A stretch of DNA of 64,000 nucleotides from Candidatus Darwinibacter acetoxidans (GTDB taxonomy: Bacteria > Bacillota > Limnochordia > Darwinibacteriales > Darwinibacteriaceae), in contig JBHGWS010000143.1 of NCBI GenBank assembly GCA_041936745.1, positions 179 through 64,178 on the forward strand, in the 5' to 3' direction. The notes under the pieces were generated by a model. That model worked only from the letters and a program-made list of their open reading frames with translations, ran no database searches and had not been told where the DNA came from. The translations under genes and the position numbers were made by a program. Positions 40,752-50,702 of this stretch are shown piece by piece; positions within the stretch are counted from its first letter, which is position 1, and each line of letters starts with the position of its first letter.

Positions 40752-41418
40752 TCTCCGTCTCTCTCCCCTCCCCACGGACATTTACTTCCGAAGGTTCAAT
40801 CTGCACTAATGCCAAAGCCCTTCCCGCGGCATCCAAAGCCTGCACGGGAAAGCTCTCCTCCAGCCCAAGCAGGCGGCCGTTACTGATATAAACGGCGACG
40901 CGATCCACCTTATTCAGTATACTGCCGGGGCCCGTAACGGTTACCACTTGGGGGTTGGTTTTAAAACCTCTCAAACCGCCGCCGTGGTCTAAGCCCAAGA
41001 GGGCAACTGACACGGGGAAGACTTTGGATTCAATCATTTCCGTGTAAACACTGACCCAGCGCGGGGTAACACTTACTATGTCCACGCCGGCGGGAGCCTC
41101 GATGCTGACAAAATGCGTTTCCGCCCCCGGGGCGGCATCTTTTAAATCAATGGCGGCAGTCAGCGAATCTTCCTGCCTGTTTAAAAGGGGAGCCAGCCCC
41201 CTGATCCTTACTTTGACGGGCTCGGGCCGCTCTAATAGGGCTAAGTCCCGGGGCAGGTTGCGCACCTCCACGTTTAAATCCACGACCCGCTCAGTGCCGA
41301 CCAAATCACCGTTGCCCGCGGCCAAAAGCCACAAAATTACTGCAAGAACGAGGGAAAACAAACGCCAATACACGCCCGGCCTAGTTAAAAAACCCCAAAG
41401 CTGCCTAAGCTTTCTCAC
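40744..41418 (-). CDS. cdaR: CdaR (YbbR-domain regulator of diadenylate cyclase)
   Basis: N-terminal TM helix then YbbR-like repeats. Position between cdaA and glmM matches the conserved cdaA-cdaR-glmM operon. The start is uncertain because the track ORF overlaps cdaA by 74 nt. Confidence 0.7.
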   Translation of the reverse strand: MRKLRQLWGFLTRPGVYWRLFSLVLAVILWLLAAGNGDLVGTERVVDLNVEVRNLPRDLALLERPEPVKVRIRGLAPLLNRQEDSLTAAIDLKDAAPGAETHFVSIEAPAGVDIVSVTPRWVSVYTEMIESKVFPVSVALLGLDHGGGLRGFKTNPQVVTVTGPGSILNKVDRVAVYISNGRLLGLEESFPVQALDAAGRALALVQIEPSEVNVRGEGRETENE

Positions 41419-42187
41419 TGTCCGCCGCCCCCCGCCTCTGCCAATAAAAGTTAAGCTGCTCCCGCAGCCGTGTTTCATTTAAGTAGCGCCTTAAACGGCC
41501 GTCCACGGCCAGTGAAATCGTCCCTGTTTCTTCTGAAACCACGATGACAATGGCGTCGGCCTGTTCCGACATGCCGACGGCGGCGCGGTGCCGCGTACCT
41601 AAATGGCTGCCGATGCGGCTGTCCGTCAGGGGTAAAACACTGCCCGCGCTCAAGATGCGCCCTTCCCTGATTATGGCTGCACCGTCGTGGAGAGGGCTGT
41701 TTGGTTCAAAAATATTAAGCAGTAATTCCCTGCTCAGTTTGGCATCCAAATCAATACCTGTTTCCACGTATTCAGACAGGCCTGTCTGCCTTTCTAAAAC
41801 CAGCAGTGCTCCTTTTTTCTCCTCACTCAACCTGGTGACGGCTGCCGCAATGATCTCCACCCAGGCCTGCTTTTCTTCCCCGTCCCGGCCCAACCGGGCA
41901 AAAAGCCTGCCCCGGCCGATCTGCTCCAAACCGCGCCGCAGCTCGGGGTAAAAAACAACGGGTAAAGCCACTAAGACAATTGTGGTAGCCTGCTCCAAAA
42001 GCCAACTCATGGTGCGCAGGTTGAGAAAACGAGCCACTACACTGCTGGTAAAAATTACCGCCAGCCCTTTGACCAAAGTGGTGGCCCGTGTGCCCTCAAT
42101 TAAGTTGATGATCCGGTAGATGACGTAGGCTGCGATTAGAATATCGATGGCGTCACGCAGTGTAAAACTCATCGGGCCCTCCCCCAA
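41405..42187 (-). CDS. cdaA: Diadenylate cyclase CdaA (c-di-AMP synthase, DisA_N/DAC domain, three N-terminal TM helices)
   Basis: DAC-domain motifs DGAAIIREGRI and GTRHRAAVGMSE. The N-terminus is a membrane domain. Confidence 0.85.
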   Translation of the reverse strand: MGEGPMSFTLRDAIDILIAAYVIYRIINLIEGTRATTLVKGLAVIFTSSVVARFLNLRTMSWLLEQATTIVLVALPVVFYPELRRGLEQIGRGRLFARLGRDGEEKQAWVEIIAAAVTRLSEEKKGALLVLERQTGLSEYVETGIDLDAKLSRELLLNIFEPNSPLHDGAAIIREGRILSAGSVLPLTDSRIGSHLGTRHRAAVGMSEQADAIVIVVSEETGTISLAVDGRLRRYLNETRLREQLNFYWQRRGAADSEKA

Positions 42188-42207
42188 GCCTTATTTTCCC
42201 CCCGGGC

Positions 42208-43326
42208 TCAGCCGGCCAACACCGTTTCGGCCGCCTTGACCGCCTGCCCAAATTTACCTAATTCGATCTCCAGCACCGCCAGAGCAGTCAAAACATCCAG
42301 GGGAGTTGCATAACCCATATGGCCGATCCGGATAATTTTCCCCGCATGCACGCCCTGGCCGCCGGCAAATTCAACGCCGAAGCGTTGATTGATCCGGGCC
42401 CTGAAAGCATCCGCCTGCTCAATTTTAACGGCGGTAACGGTTGGCGAGGCATCCTGTTTCGTTGTTAAAAGTTCCAAACCCAAAGCCTTAATGCCCGACC
42501 TTAACATATCGCGCATCAAGTTGTGGCGGGCATAGACATTGTCTAAACCTTCCGCTTCTATCATGTCCAAGGCCGCCTCTAAAGCAAAGACGTTATTGAT
42601 ATTGGGTGTAAAAGGAGTTTCGCCCCGCTCTAAATACTCGGCGTATTTCCTTAAATCGAAATAATAGCGGCCTTGGGGATTGTCCTTTAAGTATTCAAAA
42701 GCCCTGGCTGAGACACTGATAAAGGCCGTACCCGGCGGCGCCATGAGGCATTTTTGCGATGCACTGACAACCACATCCACACCCCACTCATCCATCTTGA
42801 AAGGTACGCCGCCCAGAGAGCTGACCGCATCCACGACCAGCAGGGCTTGGTGGCCCTCCCGCGCCTTGGCAATCTTTTCAACATCATTTAAAACCGCCGT
42901 TGAAGATTCATTATGGACAACAAAGATCAATTCGATTTCCGGGTGCTGTTTTAAATAATCCCCCACTGCGGGCGGCTTGATGCCGCTGCCCCAAGAAAAT
43001 TCCAAGGTGTGCACATCTGCCCCGTAAGCTTGGCAGAGTTCCTGCCAGCGCCGGCCAAAAAACCCGCCCACCAGGCATAAAACAGGTACTTGCGGCCTCA
43101 GCAGATTGCTGACGGCTGTTTCCATGCCCGCGGTACCGGAGCCCGTGATCATATAAATCGTCCTCTCCGTACCGAATAAGGGCTGGAGGCGCCGCATAAT
43201 TTCTGGAAATTTAGTTTGGAAAGTTCTCCCCCTGTGATTAATCATGGGCCGGGCCATTTGTAAAGAAACTTCTGCAGGTACAGGTGCAGGCCCGGGAATT
43301 CGCAGTTCCCGTTTGTAGCGTTGCAT
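42208..43326 (-). CDS. Class V PLP-dependent aminotransferase (serine--pyruvate / alanine--glyoxylate aminotransferase family)
   Basis: 372 aa. The SASQKCLMAPPG lysine region and overall similarity support the AGT/SPT-type class V family. Confidence 0.8.
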   Translation of the reverse strand: MQRYKRELRIPGPAPVPAEVSLQMARPMINHRGRTFQTKFPEIMRRLQPLFGTERTIYMITGSGTAGMETAVSNLLRPQVPVLCLVGGFFGRRWQELCQAYGADVHTLEFSWGSGIKPPAVGDYLKQHPEIELIFVVHNESSTAVLNDVEKIAKAREGHQALLVVDAVSSLGGVPFKMDEWGVDVVVSASQKCLMAPPGTAFISVSARAFEYLKDNPQGRYYFDLRKYAEYLERGETPFTPNINNVFALEAALDMIEAEGLDNVYARHNLMRDMLRSGIKALGLELLTTKQDASPTVTAVKIEQADAFRARINQRFGVEFAGGQGVHAGKIIRIGHMGYATPLDVLTALAVLEIELGKFGQAVKAAETVLAG

Positions 43327-43442
43327 AGAAAGTCCCCCTTTGTTTTTAAAATTTCGGCAGTTATGTTTAACGCGACTTTTCTTAAATTTCCGCTGCGAGT
43401 TTTAGGGATCAGAAAAAACCGGCCCTGCAGACAGGCGGTTTT

Positions 43443-43853
43443 TTAAACCAAGCGTTTTAAGCGTTCAGCAATGACGGCCATTTCCTCTCCGCCGCCTAAA
43501 GTCCCGAAGTCTTCCACGAATACACCCTGCCGCTCCATATCAGCCATTAAGGCCCGCAGGGCTTTGCCCGAGCCGAGCTTAGCTTGTACAAAAGCGCCCG
43601 CTCTTTTACCGGCCAAGCGGCTGGCCCGCTCCAGCATATTCTTCATCTCACTGGGTATTTTCGGCCGAAACCAACCCTTAAAACCGCTGATAACACAGAT
43701 TAAGCGATAAGGAGCGGTACTAACCGGTGCGCTGCCTAAATCACCGGAGGAAACAAGATCGACCCGCAGGCCTTCTTTTTCCAAAGCTTTTTGCAGTGCC
43801 GCCGCGGATCCTTCAATTTTTTTATCTGCTTGGTGCATAATCAATACGCGCAT
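43443..43853 (-). CDS. Hypothetical protein (136 aa), no recognisable motif
   Basis: ORF with ATG start, lying between a terminator hairpin (43901-43937) and the aminotransferase gene. Composition is consistent with neighbouring genes. Confidence 0.45.
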   Translation of the reverse strand: MRVLIMHQADKKIEGSAAALQKALEKEGLRVDLVSSGDLGSAPVSTAPYRLICVISGFKGWFRPKIPSEMKNMLERASRLAGKRAGAFVQAKLGSGKALRALMADMERQGVFVEDFGTLGGGEEMAVIAERLKRLV

Positions 43854-43900
43854 AATGAGATCGCCCCTCCGTTCGTCTTCTCCGCTTCCTTTTTTAATTC

Positions 43901-43937
43901 GCTTAAAAAGGGTTAAATCCTGTTTCTAAACAGGATT
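43901..43937 (-). terminator. Rho-independent terminator downstream of cwlD
   Basis: Minus strand reads GGATAATCCTGTTT-AGA-AACAGGATTTAACCCTTTTTAAGC: a 10-bp perfect stem, 3-nt loop and a T5 tract. Confidence 0.65.
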
Positions 43938-43960
43938 ATCCCAAATGCGAACACCGGGGG

Positions 43961-44674
43961 TTACGATTCATTATAGTAGCGGATTATTCCCGCTAAAATT
44001 GCCGCGGCAATTCGTTTCTGGTAGCTTTTTTTCCCTAAAAGGGCAGCCTCCTGCGGATTCGATAAAAAACCCACCTCGACTAAAGCCGCGGGCATGCTCG
44101 TATCCCTCAAAACCCTATACTCACCGGGGCGGGCCAAGCGGTGGTTGGGCCCCAAATAGCGCACCAATTCTGCCTGCAGGCAGCGGGCCAACTGCATCCC
44201 TTCCTCCTGCCCCTCGTAATAGAAGGTTTGCGCGCCGGACCAGATGGGCGAGGGGAAATAATTGGCATGGATGGAAATATATAAATCCGCCCCCGCCTCT
44301 TCCGCAATGGCCACCCGCCTGGCCAGATCCTGGCGTTTTCGGTTTAAAAGATTCCTTTCGCTGGAATCGGCCAAATCATAATCGCCGTGCCTGACCATGA
44401 CTGTGAAAACGGCGGCCCGCTTTAAAAGATACTCCAACTCTTTGGCCACATTCAAAGTGATTTCTTTTTCCAAAGCCCCCCGGGCGCTGACAGCACCGGG
44501 ATCCGGGCCGCCGTGGCCCGCATCGATGACAATGGTTTTCCCCGCAACGCTGAAAGCCTGCGTGCCAAAAACGGGAAGCACCGCCGGGGAAGCCGTGCCC
44601 AGGTAAATACCTACGGTTAGGCAGATAAAAAACCACCATAAAACCTGTTTGGCGGAAAAAAACCAAACGCGCAT
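43961..44674 (-). CDS. cwlD: Germination-specific N-acetylmuramoyl-L-alanine amidase CwlD-like (Amidase_3 with an N-terminal TM anchor)
   Basis: 237 aa. VIDAGHGGPDPGA...EKEITL...DLYISIHAN. Size and architecture are typical of CwlD. Confidence 0.75.
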   Translation of the reverse strand: MRVWFFSAKQVLWWFFICLTVGIYLGTASPAVLPVFGTQAFSVAGKTIVIDAGHGGPDPGAVSARGALEKEITLNVAKELEYLLKRAAVFTVMVRHGDYDLADSSERNLLNRKRQDLARRVAIAEEAGADLYISIHANYFPSPIWSGAQTFYYEGQEEGMQLARCLQAELVRYLGPNHRLARPGEYRVLRDTSMPAALVEVGFLSNPQEAALLGKKSYQKRIAAAILAGIIRYYNES

Positions 44675-44698
44675 GCAAACACCCCCATACCTAAAAGA

Positions 44699-45313
44699 TT
44701 ATTCAGGCGGAGGGGTGTTTACAACTTGGAGGATGCGATAGCCGCTTTTTCGTTTCAGTGTTTCACAATTTCCCGCAAGTTCCTCTAAATAGCGGGCAAG
44801 GCTCTTGGCGCCTTGTTTAGTGCGGATGACTACCAAAAGGCGGCCGCCCGGGCGAAGCGCCTCGTAGCCTTCCCTTAAAATCCTGTAAACTACCTTTTTA
44901 CCTGCCCTGATGGGAGGATTGGAGGCGATCAAATCGAAGGAAAGGCCGGGCAGGGCCCGCAGGCCGTCGCTTTTTAAGGCGGTGGCATTTAAAATCCCGT
45001 TTGCCTTAATGTTTTGGGCAGCTAATTCCACGGCCCGCTCATTGACATCAACTAAGTAGGCATGGCCCGCCGGGCCTACCAAATCCGCGGCGGCAATGCC
45101 TAAGGCACCGTAACCGCAGCCTAAATCAAGCACGACATCGCCCGGCCTGCCGGGCAGCATCTCAATTAAAATTTCCGTCCCCAAATCCAGCCCGGTCCGG
45201 GAAAACACTCCCGCGTCGGTGTGGAAAGTGTAGCTGCGGCCCCTTAATTCAACCGTAAACTGCCCAGGCTTGGCTTTGGAACGGGGCCGATCCGTGAAAT
45301 AATGCTCGCTCAT
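44699..45313 (-). CDS. Class I SAM-dependent methyltransferase (methyltransferase small domain, RsmC/RsmD-like, NPP motif)
   Basis: 204 aa. SAM motif I VLDLGCGYGALG and substrate motif NPPIRAG. Confidence 0.75.
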   Translation of the reverse strand: MSEHYFTDRPRSKAKPGQFTVELRGRSYTFHTDAGVFSRTGLDLGTEILIEMLPGRPGDVVLDLGCGYGALGIAAADLVGPAGHAYLVDVNERAVELAAQNIKANGILNATALKSDGLRALPGLSFDLIASNPPIRAGKKVVYRILREGYEALRPGGRLLVVIRTKQGAKSLARYLEELAGNCETLKRKSGYRILQVVNTPPPE

Positions 45314-45316
45314 GAC

Positions 45317-46513
45317 CTAATCCTCGGCCTTTCTTAACGCCTCTTGGACTAAACGAAGATGTGCTTCTATTTCGCTTTGTTCCTTCTCGTCCGCCAAACT
45401 CAAGGCCTCCCGCAGGGTTTTTTCCGCTTCCCTATAGCTGCCGACCAAGTAATAACCGTAGCCTAAGGTGTCCAGGTTTGTTGCTTTTCTGTCTTGGGCG
45501 ACAGCCCTTTTTGCCAAAGCCAAAGCTTCGTTGAGATTGACCTCCTGCAGCATATAAGTATAGGCTAAATTATTTAAAACGCCGGGCTGATCCGGCATGA
45601 GCATCAGCGACTGTTGGTAGCTTTCCACCGCGCCCAAGTAATTGCCCATGCGGCCGTAAGCATAGCCCAGATAGAAATAACCCTGCCAGTATTGGGGATC
45701 GATGGCAACTGCCTTCTTCATGACATCTAAAACCGTACTCCAGCGGTTTTCCGCCAGCGCCGCCTGGGCCTCTTTAATATAAACACCGAGATTTTTCAGT
45801 GCACTGACATCACCGATTTCATCTGTCCCCACCTGCCAGGACCTGAATTCAACGACTTTAGGGCCGGCCGGCAGTGCTGCCTCAATTTTCGCCGCCACCC
45901 AGTGGCCGTCTTTGTAATTCAGCGTCAGCTTGCCCGCTTCTGCCGTAAAGTTAATGTTTAGTTCTATGGAAGTATAATGTTCAGTAAAACCATATTCAAA
46001 CGTGTAGTTAGCGACTGACACGACGGGCTTATCGCCCTGGCGGGCAAAAAGAGGTATTTTAGTCTGCCGATCTATCCAATAGACATTGTCGGGGTTATCT
46101 GCATCGACAAAGCGATCCACTTCTCTTTGCGCCAGCGTTTCCCTGCCTTCGTATTCTAAAGCCAGCTCGGAAAGGGCCGCAAGGCCGTAAACGTAATCGC
46201 GGTACAGATCGAAAAGCCAGAAATTATCCGTGACATATTCACTTGTACCCAAGCCAAAAAGCTGCAGTAAATCGCGGTAGCCGATAATTTTGCGCCAGCT
46301 GCCGTCAACTACATAAGTTAAGGAAAAACTGTGGGGGTAATTTAAAGAAAAGCTCCCTTCTAAAACGGCCTGTTCTTCACCCCCGAGAAAACCGGTTATA
46401 TCAGCCCTGGCTTTAGTGTAATCAAGCCACCTCCCGGGCTCGGCCGCTTCTGTTAAACCGCCGAAGAGTACTGAGACGAGTACCAAGGCCAAAAGTACTT
46501 TTAATTTTTTCAA
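45317..46513 (-). CDS. Secreted tetratricopeptide-repeat (TPR) protein
   Basis: 398 aa. Signal peptide MKKLKVLLALVLVSVLFGGLTEAA. The C-terminal third has several 34-residue repeats with the W/LG/Y/A/F/A/P TPR pattern (YYLGYAYGRMGNYLGAVESYQQSL...). Confidence 0.6.
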   Translation of the reverse strand: MKKLKVLLALVLVSVLFGGLTEAAEPGRWLDYTKARADITGFLGGEEQAVLEGSFSLNYPHSFSLTYVVDGSWRKIIGYRDLLQLFGLGTSEYVTDNFWLFDLYRDYVYGLAALSELALEYEGRETLAQREVDRFVDADNPDNVYWIDRQTKIPLFARQGDKPVVSVANYTFEYGFTEHYTSIELNINFTAEAGKLTLNYKDGHWVAAKIEAALPAGPKVVEFRSWQVGTDEIGDVSALKNLGVYIKEAQAALAENRWSTVLDVMKKAVAIDPQYWQGYFYLGYAYGRMGNYLGAVESYQQSLMLMPDQPGVLNNLAYTYMLQEVNLNEALALAKRAVAQDRKATNLDTLGYGYYLVGSYREAEKTLREALSLADEKEQSEIEAHLRLVQEALRKAED

Positions 46514-46528
46514 AATCCCCCTCTCCCC

Positions 46529-47299
46529 TCAACCATGCACGATGTCAATGCCTGCACTGGCCCCGATGCGATTGGCCCCGGCGCGCAGCATGGCCACCGC
46601 CGTATCATAATCCCTGATGCCGCCGGCGGCTTTCACTCCAAAGCCGACACCCACAACTTCCCGCATTAAAGTCACATCCTCCACTGTAGCGCCGCCTGGC
46701 CCAAACCCGGTAGAGGTTTTAACGAAATCAGCACCGGCCATTTTGGTTAAAATGGAGCCCCGCACGATCTGCTCTTTGGTAAGCAGGCCCGTTTCTAAGA
46801 TGACCTTTAAGACCTTTTCCGCCGCTGCTTCCCGCACCGCCGTCAAATCGGCATAAACTCGTGCGTAATCGCCCTCAACTAAGCTGCCGATATTAATGAC
46901 CATGTCAATTTCCCCGGCACCGGCCGCCAGAGCGTCCCTTGTTTCCCACACTTTCGTCAAAGTAGTGGCGGCGCCCAGGGGAAAGCCCACAACCGTACAC
47001 ACCTTGACGTCGCTGCCCCTAAGAAGTTCAGCGGCCAAAGCAACATGCACCGGGTTAATGCAGACGGTGGCAAAGCCGTACCGGCGCGCCTCTTGGCAGA
47101 GCTTTTCAATATCCCGCCTGCTGGCGGCAGGTTTAAGCAGCGTATGATCTATCACGGCGGCTAACCGCTTGGCGTCCGGTTTTTCCCGAAAGGCGTACTC
47201 CCGCTTGTCTCCGCCCACAGGCACCGCCAAGCGGATCCCCTGGGCAGCCAAGGCGGAACCGACCGCTTCGGTTTGTTCCTCCAACCATTTTTTATCCAT
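46529..47299 (-). CDS. deoC: Deoxyribose-phosphate aldolase
   Basis: AAVIDHTLLKP...FATVCINP and the Schiff-base lysine region FVKTSTGF. Has a ~45-aa N-terminal extension compared with the typical DeoC. Confidence 0.8.
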   Translation of the reverse strand: MDKKWLEEQTEAVGSALAAQGIRLAVPVGGDKREYAFREKPDAKRLAAVIDHTLLKPAASRRDIEKLCQEARRYGFATVCINPVHVALAAELLRGSDVKVCTVVGFPLGAATTLTKVWETRDALAAGAGEIDMVINIGSLVEGDYARVYADLTAVREAAAEKVLKVILETGLLTKEQIVRGSILTKMAGADFVKTSTGFGPGGATVEDVTLMREVVGVGFGVKAAGGIRDYDTAVAMLRAGANRIGASAGIDIVHG

Positions 47300-47325
47300 C
47301 TCTGAACACCTCCAAAATACCTGCG

Positions 47326-48849
47326 TTACTCGGGATTAATCCAGTTTTTGGCACGTCCCAAAGCTTTCTGCCAGCCCGCAAAAAGGCGTTCCTGCTCCGC
47401 TTTGGTAAATGCGGGCGCGTAAATGCGTTCCGCCTGCCAGGTTTTCTTGAGATCTTCTTGGCTCCGCCAAACGCCCACTGCCAGCCCGGCTAAAAAAGCC
47501 GCCCCCAGGGCAGTTGTTTCAAAAACCCGCGGCCTCTGCACCCTTACACCCGCCATATCGGCTAAGAATTGGCAGATAAAATTATTGACTGAGACGCCGC
47601 CGTCCACCCGCAATTCGGTAATGGGCAGTTTCGCTTCAGCCGCCATCACATCTAAAACCTCTTTTGTCTGGTAAACTACGGCCTCCAGGGCGGCCCGCAC
47701 CACATGGTTGCGGTTGACCCCCCGGGAGATGCCCACAATTGCGCCCCTGGCGTAAGGATCCCAGTGAGGTGCCCCTAAGCCCACAAAGGCCGGCACAAAG
47801 TAGATGCCGTTTGTATCGGGGACCGCCTGGGCCATGGCTTCCGTTTGTGCCGCATACTCCACGATCTGCATTTCATCCCGCAGCCACTGGACGGCGGCTC
47901 CGGCAACGAAGACGCTTCCTTCCAGCGCGTATTCTATCTTTCCATCCAAACCCCAGGCGATGGTAGTCAAAAGCCCCTTTTTTGATCGGATCAAATCGGG
48001 CCCCGTATTCATCAGCATAAAGGCACCTGTACCGAAGGTGGCTTTAGCCATGCCCGATTGAAAACAGGCCTGCCCGAATAAAGCTGCCTGCTGATCACCT
48101 GCGGCCGCCGCCACGGGTATGCCCGCGGGCAGGTTCTCACAGCGAGCGGTCTCGCCGTAAACTTCGCTGGATGAAACAACTTCCGGTAAGATTTCCGCAG
48201 GCACTGCCAGTATTTCCAGAAGTTCCTCATCCCATTTTAATTCAGCGATATTAAAAAGCAGGGTGCGGGAAGCATTCGTATAATCCGTGACGTGCCTTTT
48301 GCCTCCCGTCAGCTTATAAATCAACCAAGAGTCAATGGTGCCGAAGGCCAGCTCACCTTGTTGAGCCCGTTTTTTTAAATCGGGGCGCTGATCGAAAAGC
48401 CACTTTAATTTCGTGCCGGAGAAGTAAGGATCTAAGACTAAGCCGGTTTTTTCTTGAAATAAAGGTTCCAACCCGCCCGCTTTCAGCTCATCGCATAAAG
48501 AGGCGGTGCGCCTGCACTGCCAAACGATGGCCTTGGTCACGGGCAGGCCCGTTTTTCTATCCCACAAGACAACTGTTTCCCGCTGGTTTGTGATACCTAT
48601 TGCGGCAAGCTGCGCGGGCTTGGGAAGTTCCGCCAAAGCCAAGCTGATTAAGCTTGTGGTTCCTTCCCAGATCTCCAGGGCATCGTGTTCCACCCAGCCG
48701 GGTTGCGGGTAATATTGGCGGAACTCCTGGTACATCCTGCTTTTAATCCCACCCTGTTCGTCAAAAACAATTACTGTAGTGCCTGTCGTTCCCTGATCAA
48801 TAGCCAGAATGTATCTGCGGGGCATTTTGGTCAACTCCTTTTGCACCAA
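47326..48849 (-). CDS. glpK: Glycerol kinase
   Basis: FGGY kinase signatures YILAIDQGTTGTTV and GTSCFMLMNTG-like GTGAFMLMNTG. The probable start MPRRYIL is the ninth codon of the track ORF. Confidence 0.9.
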   Translation of the reverse strand: MVQKELTKMPRRYILAIDQGTTGTTVIVFDEQGGIKSRMYQEFRQYYPQPGWVEHDALEIWEGTTSLISLALAELPKPAQLAAIGITNQRETVVLWDRKTGLPVTKAIVWQCRRTASLCDELKAGGLEPLFQEKTGLVLDPYFSGTKLKWLFDQRPDLKKRAQQGELAFGTIDSWLIYKLTGGKRHVTDYTNASRTLLFNIAELKWDEELLEILAVPAEILPEVVSSSEVYGETARCENLPAGIPVAAAAGDQQAALFGQACFQSGMAKATFGTGAFMLMNTGPDLIRSKKGLLTTIAWGLDGKIEYALEGSVFVAGAAVQWLRDEMQIVEYAAQTEAMAQAVPDTNGIYFVPAFVGLGAPHWDPYARGAIVGISRGVNRNHVVRAALEAVVYQTKEVLDVMAAEAKLPITELRVDGGVSVNNFICQFLADMAGVRVQRPRVFETTALGAAFLAGLAVGVWRSQEDLKKTWQAERIYAPAFTKAEQERLFAGWQKALGRAKNWINPE

Positions 48850-48868
48850 AACTTCTGCAAGTTAAAGG

Positions 48869-49426
48869 CTATTTCCTGCTCAAGATGCCTTCTTCCGTGG
48901 CGATAAAATGCACGGCCTGATCCCAAGGATCCAGGGGCAGTTTCGGCAGGAGAAATTGGCTGTAACAAAGCCCCACCCTGCAAGCCTCGGTGGTTTGTAA
49001 AAAGCGATCGTAATACCCCCCGCCGTAACCGATGCGGTAGCCCTCTTCGGTAAAAGCCAGGCCGGGCACCAAAACCAGATCTAAGGCGGCGGGATCGATT
49101 GTTTTGGAACCGACCGGTTCTAAAATGCCGAAAGCGGCGGGAGCCAGCACAGTCTCCTTTGTATAAACCGTGGTAAGGAGAGCACCTGTCCGCTTGTCCA
49201 CCACCGGTACAAAGACCTGGCTACCGCGCTGCCACAAATCGGCCACAATATTTTCCGTACTTATTTCCCAACCGAAGGCAAGATAAACCATGACCTTTTC
49301 TGCCCGGCGGTACCTATCCCACCCCTTAAGGTATTCACTGATCAAGTTATCCCACTGCCGGCGCCTTTCTTCCGGAACCGCCGCTCTTTCTTGCTGCAAA
49401 CGTCTGCGCAGTTTAAGTTTAGCCAT
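48869..49426 (-). CDS. 5-formyltetrahydrofolate cyclo-ligase
   Basis: 185 aa. The YLAFGWEIST...VPGLAFTEEGYRIGYGGGYYDRFL C-terminal motif (G-x-G-x-G-Y-Y-D) is diagnostic. Confidence 0.8.
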   Translation of the reverse strand: MAKLKLRRRLQQERAAVPEERRRQWDNLISEYLKGWDRYRRAEKVMVYLAFGWEISTENIVADLWQRGSQVFVPVVDKRTGALLTTVYTKETVLAPAAFGILEPVGSKTIDPAALDLVLVPGLAFTEEGYRIGYGGGYYDRFLQTTEACRVGLCYSQFLLPKLPLDPWDQAVHFIATEEGILSRK

Positions 49427-50702
49427 TACCTGTCACCGGCCTTAAAATTGCTACTGTTGAATTATCGTAATCCAAAAGCTCGTTGAGTGCCTCACCTATA
49501 TCGCTTACCGTCACGGACTGCAGCAGGGGGATGAAATCGTAAAACGGCGTCCCGGAGAAGTGATGGGAAATAAAGCGGTTGGCCGCATATTCAAAGGAAT
49601 CATAGGAAGCCAAATGCTTGCCGTAAAGCTGCCTTTTCAAGCGCTCCAGATCCGTTGGGGAAACCTCTGTTTTCTGCAGGCGTTCGATGATCTTTTTTAG
49701 CTCTTCATGCAGCTTTTCCGGCGCGTCCGTTTCCGAGCCGATGACGGAATAGGCAAAGCAGGGCCCGCTGTTAAAAGCCGCGCCCAAAGAATCATCGACT
49801 AAATCCGCCCCGTATAAATCGGCGTAAACCTGCGAGCTGCGGCCCACCAACATCCCCCAGATTAAAGACATGATGATCTGCTGCTTCAAAAGTGCGGCAC
49901 CTTCCCAGCGCGGCTCGTGTTTAAAACCCAGCAGGTAGTGGGGCCGAGAGACGCTCAGTTCCTCTTCCGACCAAGAATCGACTACTTCTTGCGGCTCTTT
50001 TGGGTAAAATCGTTCGATTGCAAAGGTGCTGTTTTGACTTTGCCCGGGGAAATTATCTGCAATAATCCTTAAGGTTTCCTCGCTGTCAACATCGCCGACC
50101 ACCGCTAGAGCCATATTCGGCGGCTGGTAGAAAGTATGGTAGCAGGTTAAAAGTTCCGCCACGGTAATTTTGTAAATCGATTCAACCGTACCGCCGATAT
50201 CCAAGCGGACCGGGTTTTCATGGTAGAGATTCCTTAAAAGGTTTGAATAAAGCCTGTGGTACGGGTGATCTTCATACATGCGCAGCTCCTGTTCGATAAT
50301 GCCTTTTTCCTTTTCCACATTTTCCGCCGTTAAGTAAGGGTGGCTCACAAAGCCGATTAAGTGGGCTAAAGACTCCCCCCAGTGATCGATGGTGGAAAAA
50401 AGGTAGCTGGTTTGAGCATAGCTTGTGAAGGCATTTGCCGAAGCGCCCCACTCCGCGAAGCGGTCGAAGGCACTGCCCGTTTCTTCTTCAAAAAGCTTGT
50501 GCTCCAAAAAATGGGCAATACCCGCGGGCACCTCTGTAAGCTCGCCGCCCGCTTTGAATTTGGAGTCCAAGGAGCCGTACTTGGTCGACAGCACGGCATA
50601 TTTTTTTAAATAACCGGGCTTAACTAAGATAAAGACCGTCAAGCCGTTGGCCATTTTCTTAACCCGGAGTTTTTCCCCCGTCGGTAGTTTAATTTGTTCC
50701 AT
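49419..50702 (-). CDS. M16-family zinc peptidase, catalytically competent subunit (HXXEH present)
   Basis: 427 aa. The inverted zinc motif HFLEHKLFEE (H-x-x-E-H) lies in the N-terminal domain. Confidence 0.8.
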   Translation of the reverse strand: MEQIKLPTGEKLRVKKMANGLTVFILVKPGYLKKYAVLSTKYGSLDSKFKAGGELTEVPAGIAHFLEHKLFEEETGSAFDRFAEWGASANAFTSYAQTSYLFSTIDHWGESLAHLIGFVSHPYLTAENVEKEKGIIEQELRMYEDHPYHRLYSNLLRNLYHENPVRLDIGGTVESIYKITVAELLTCYHTFYQPPNMALAVVGDVDSEETLRIIADNFPGQSQNSTFAIERFYPKEPQEVVDSWSEEELSVSRPHYLLGFKHEPRWEGAALLKQQIIMSLIWGMLVGRSSQVYADLYGADLVDDSLGAAFNSGPCFAYSVIGSETDAPEKLHEELKKIIERLQKTEVSPTDLERLKRQLYGKHLASYDSFEYAANRFISHHFSGTPFYDFIPLLQSVTVSDIGEALNELLDYDNSTVAILRPVTGNG

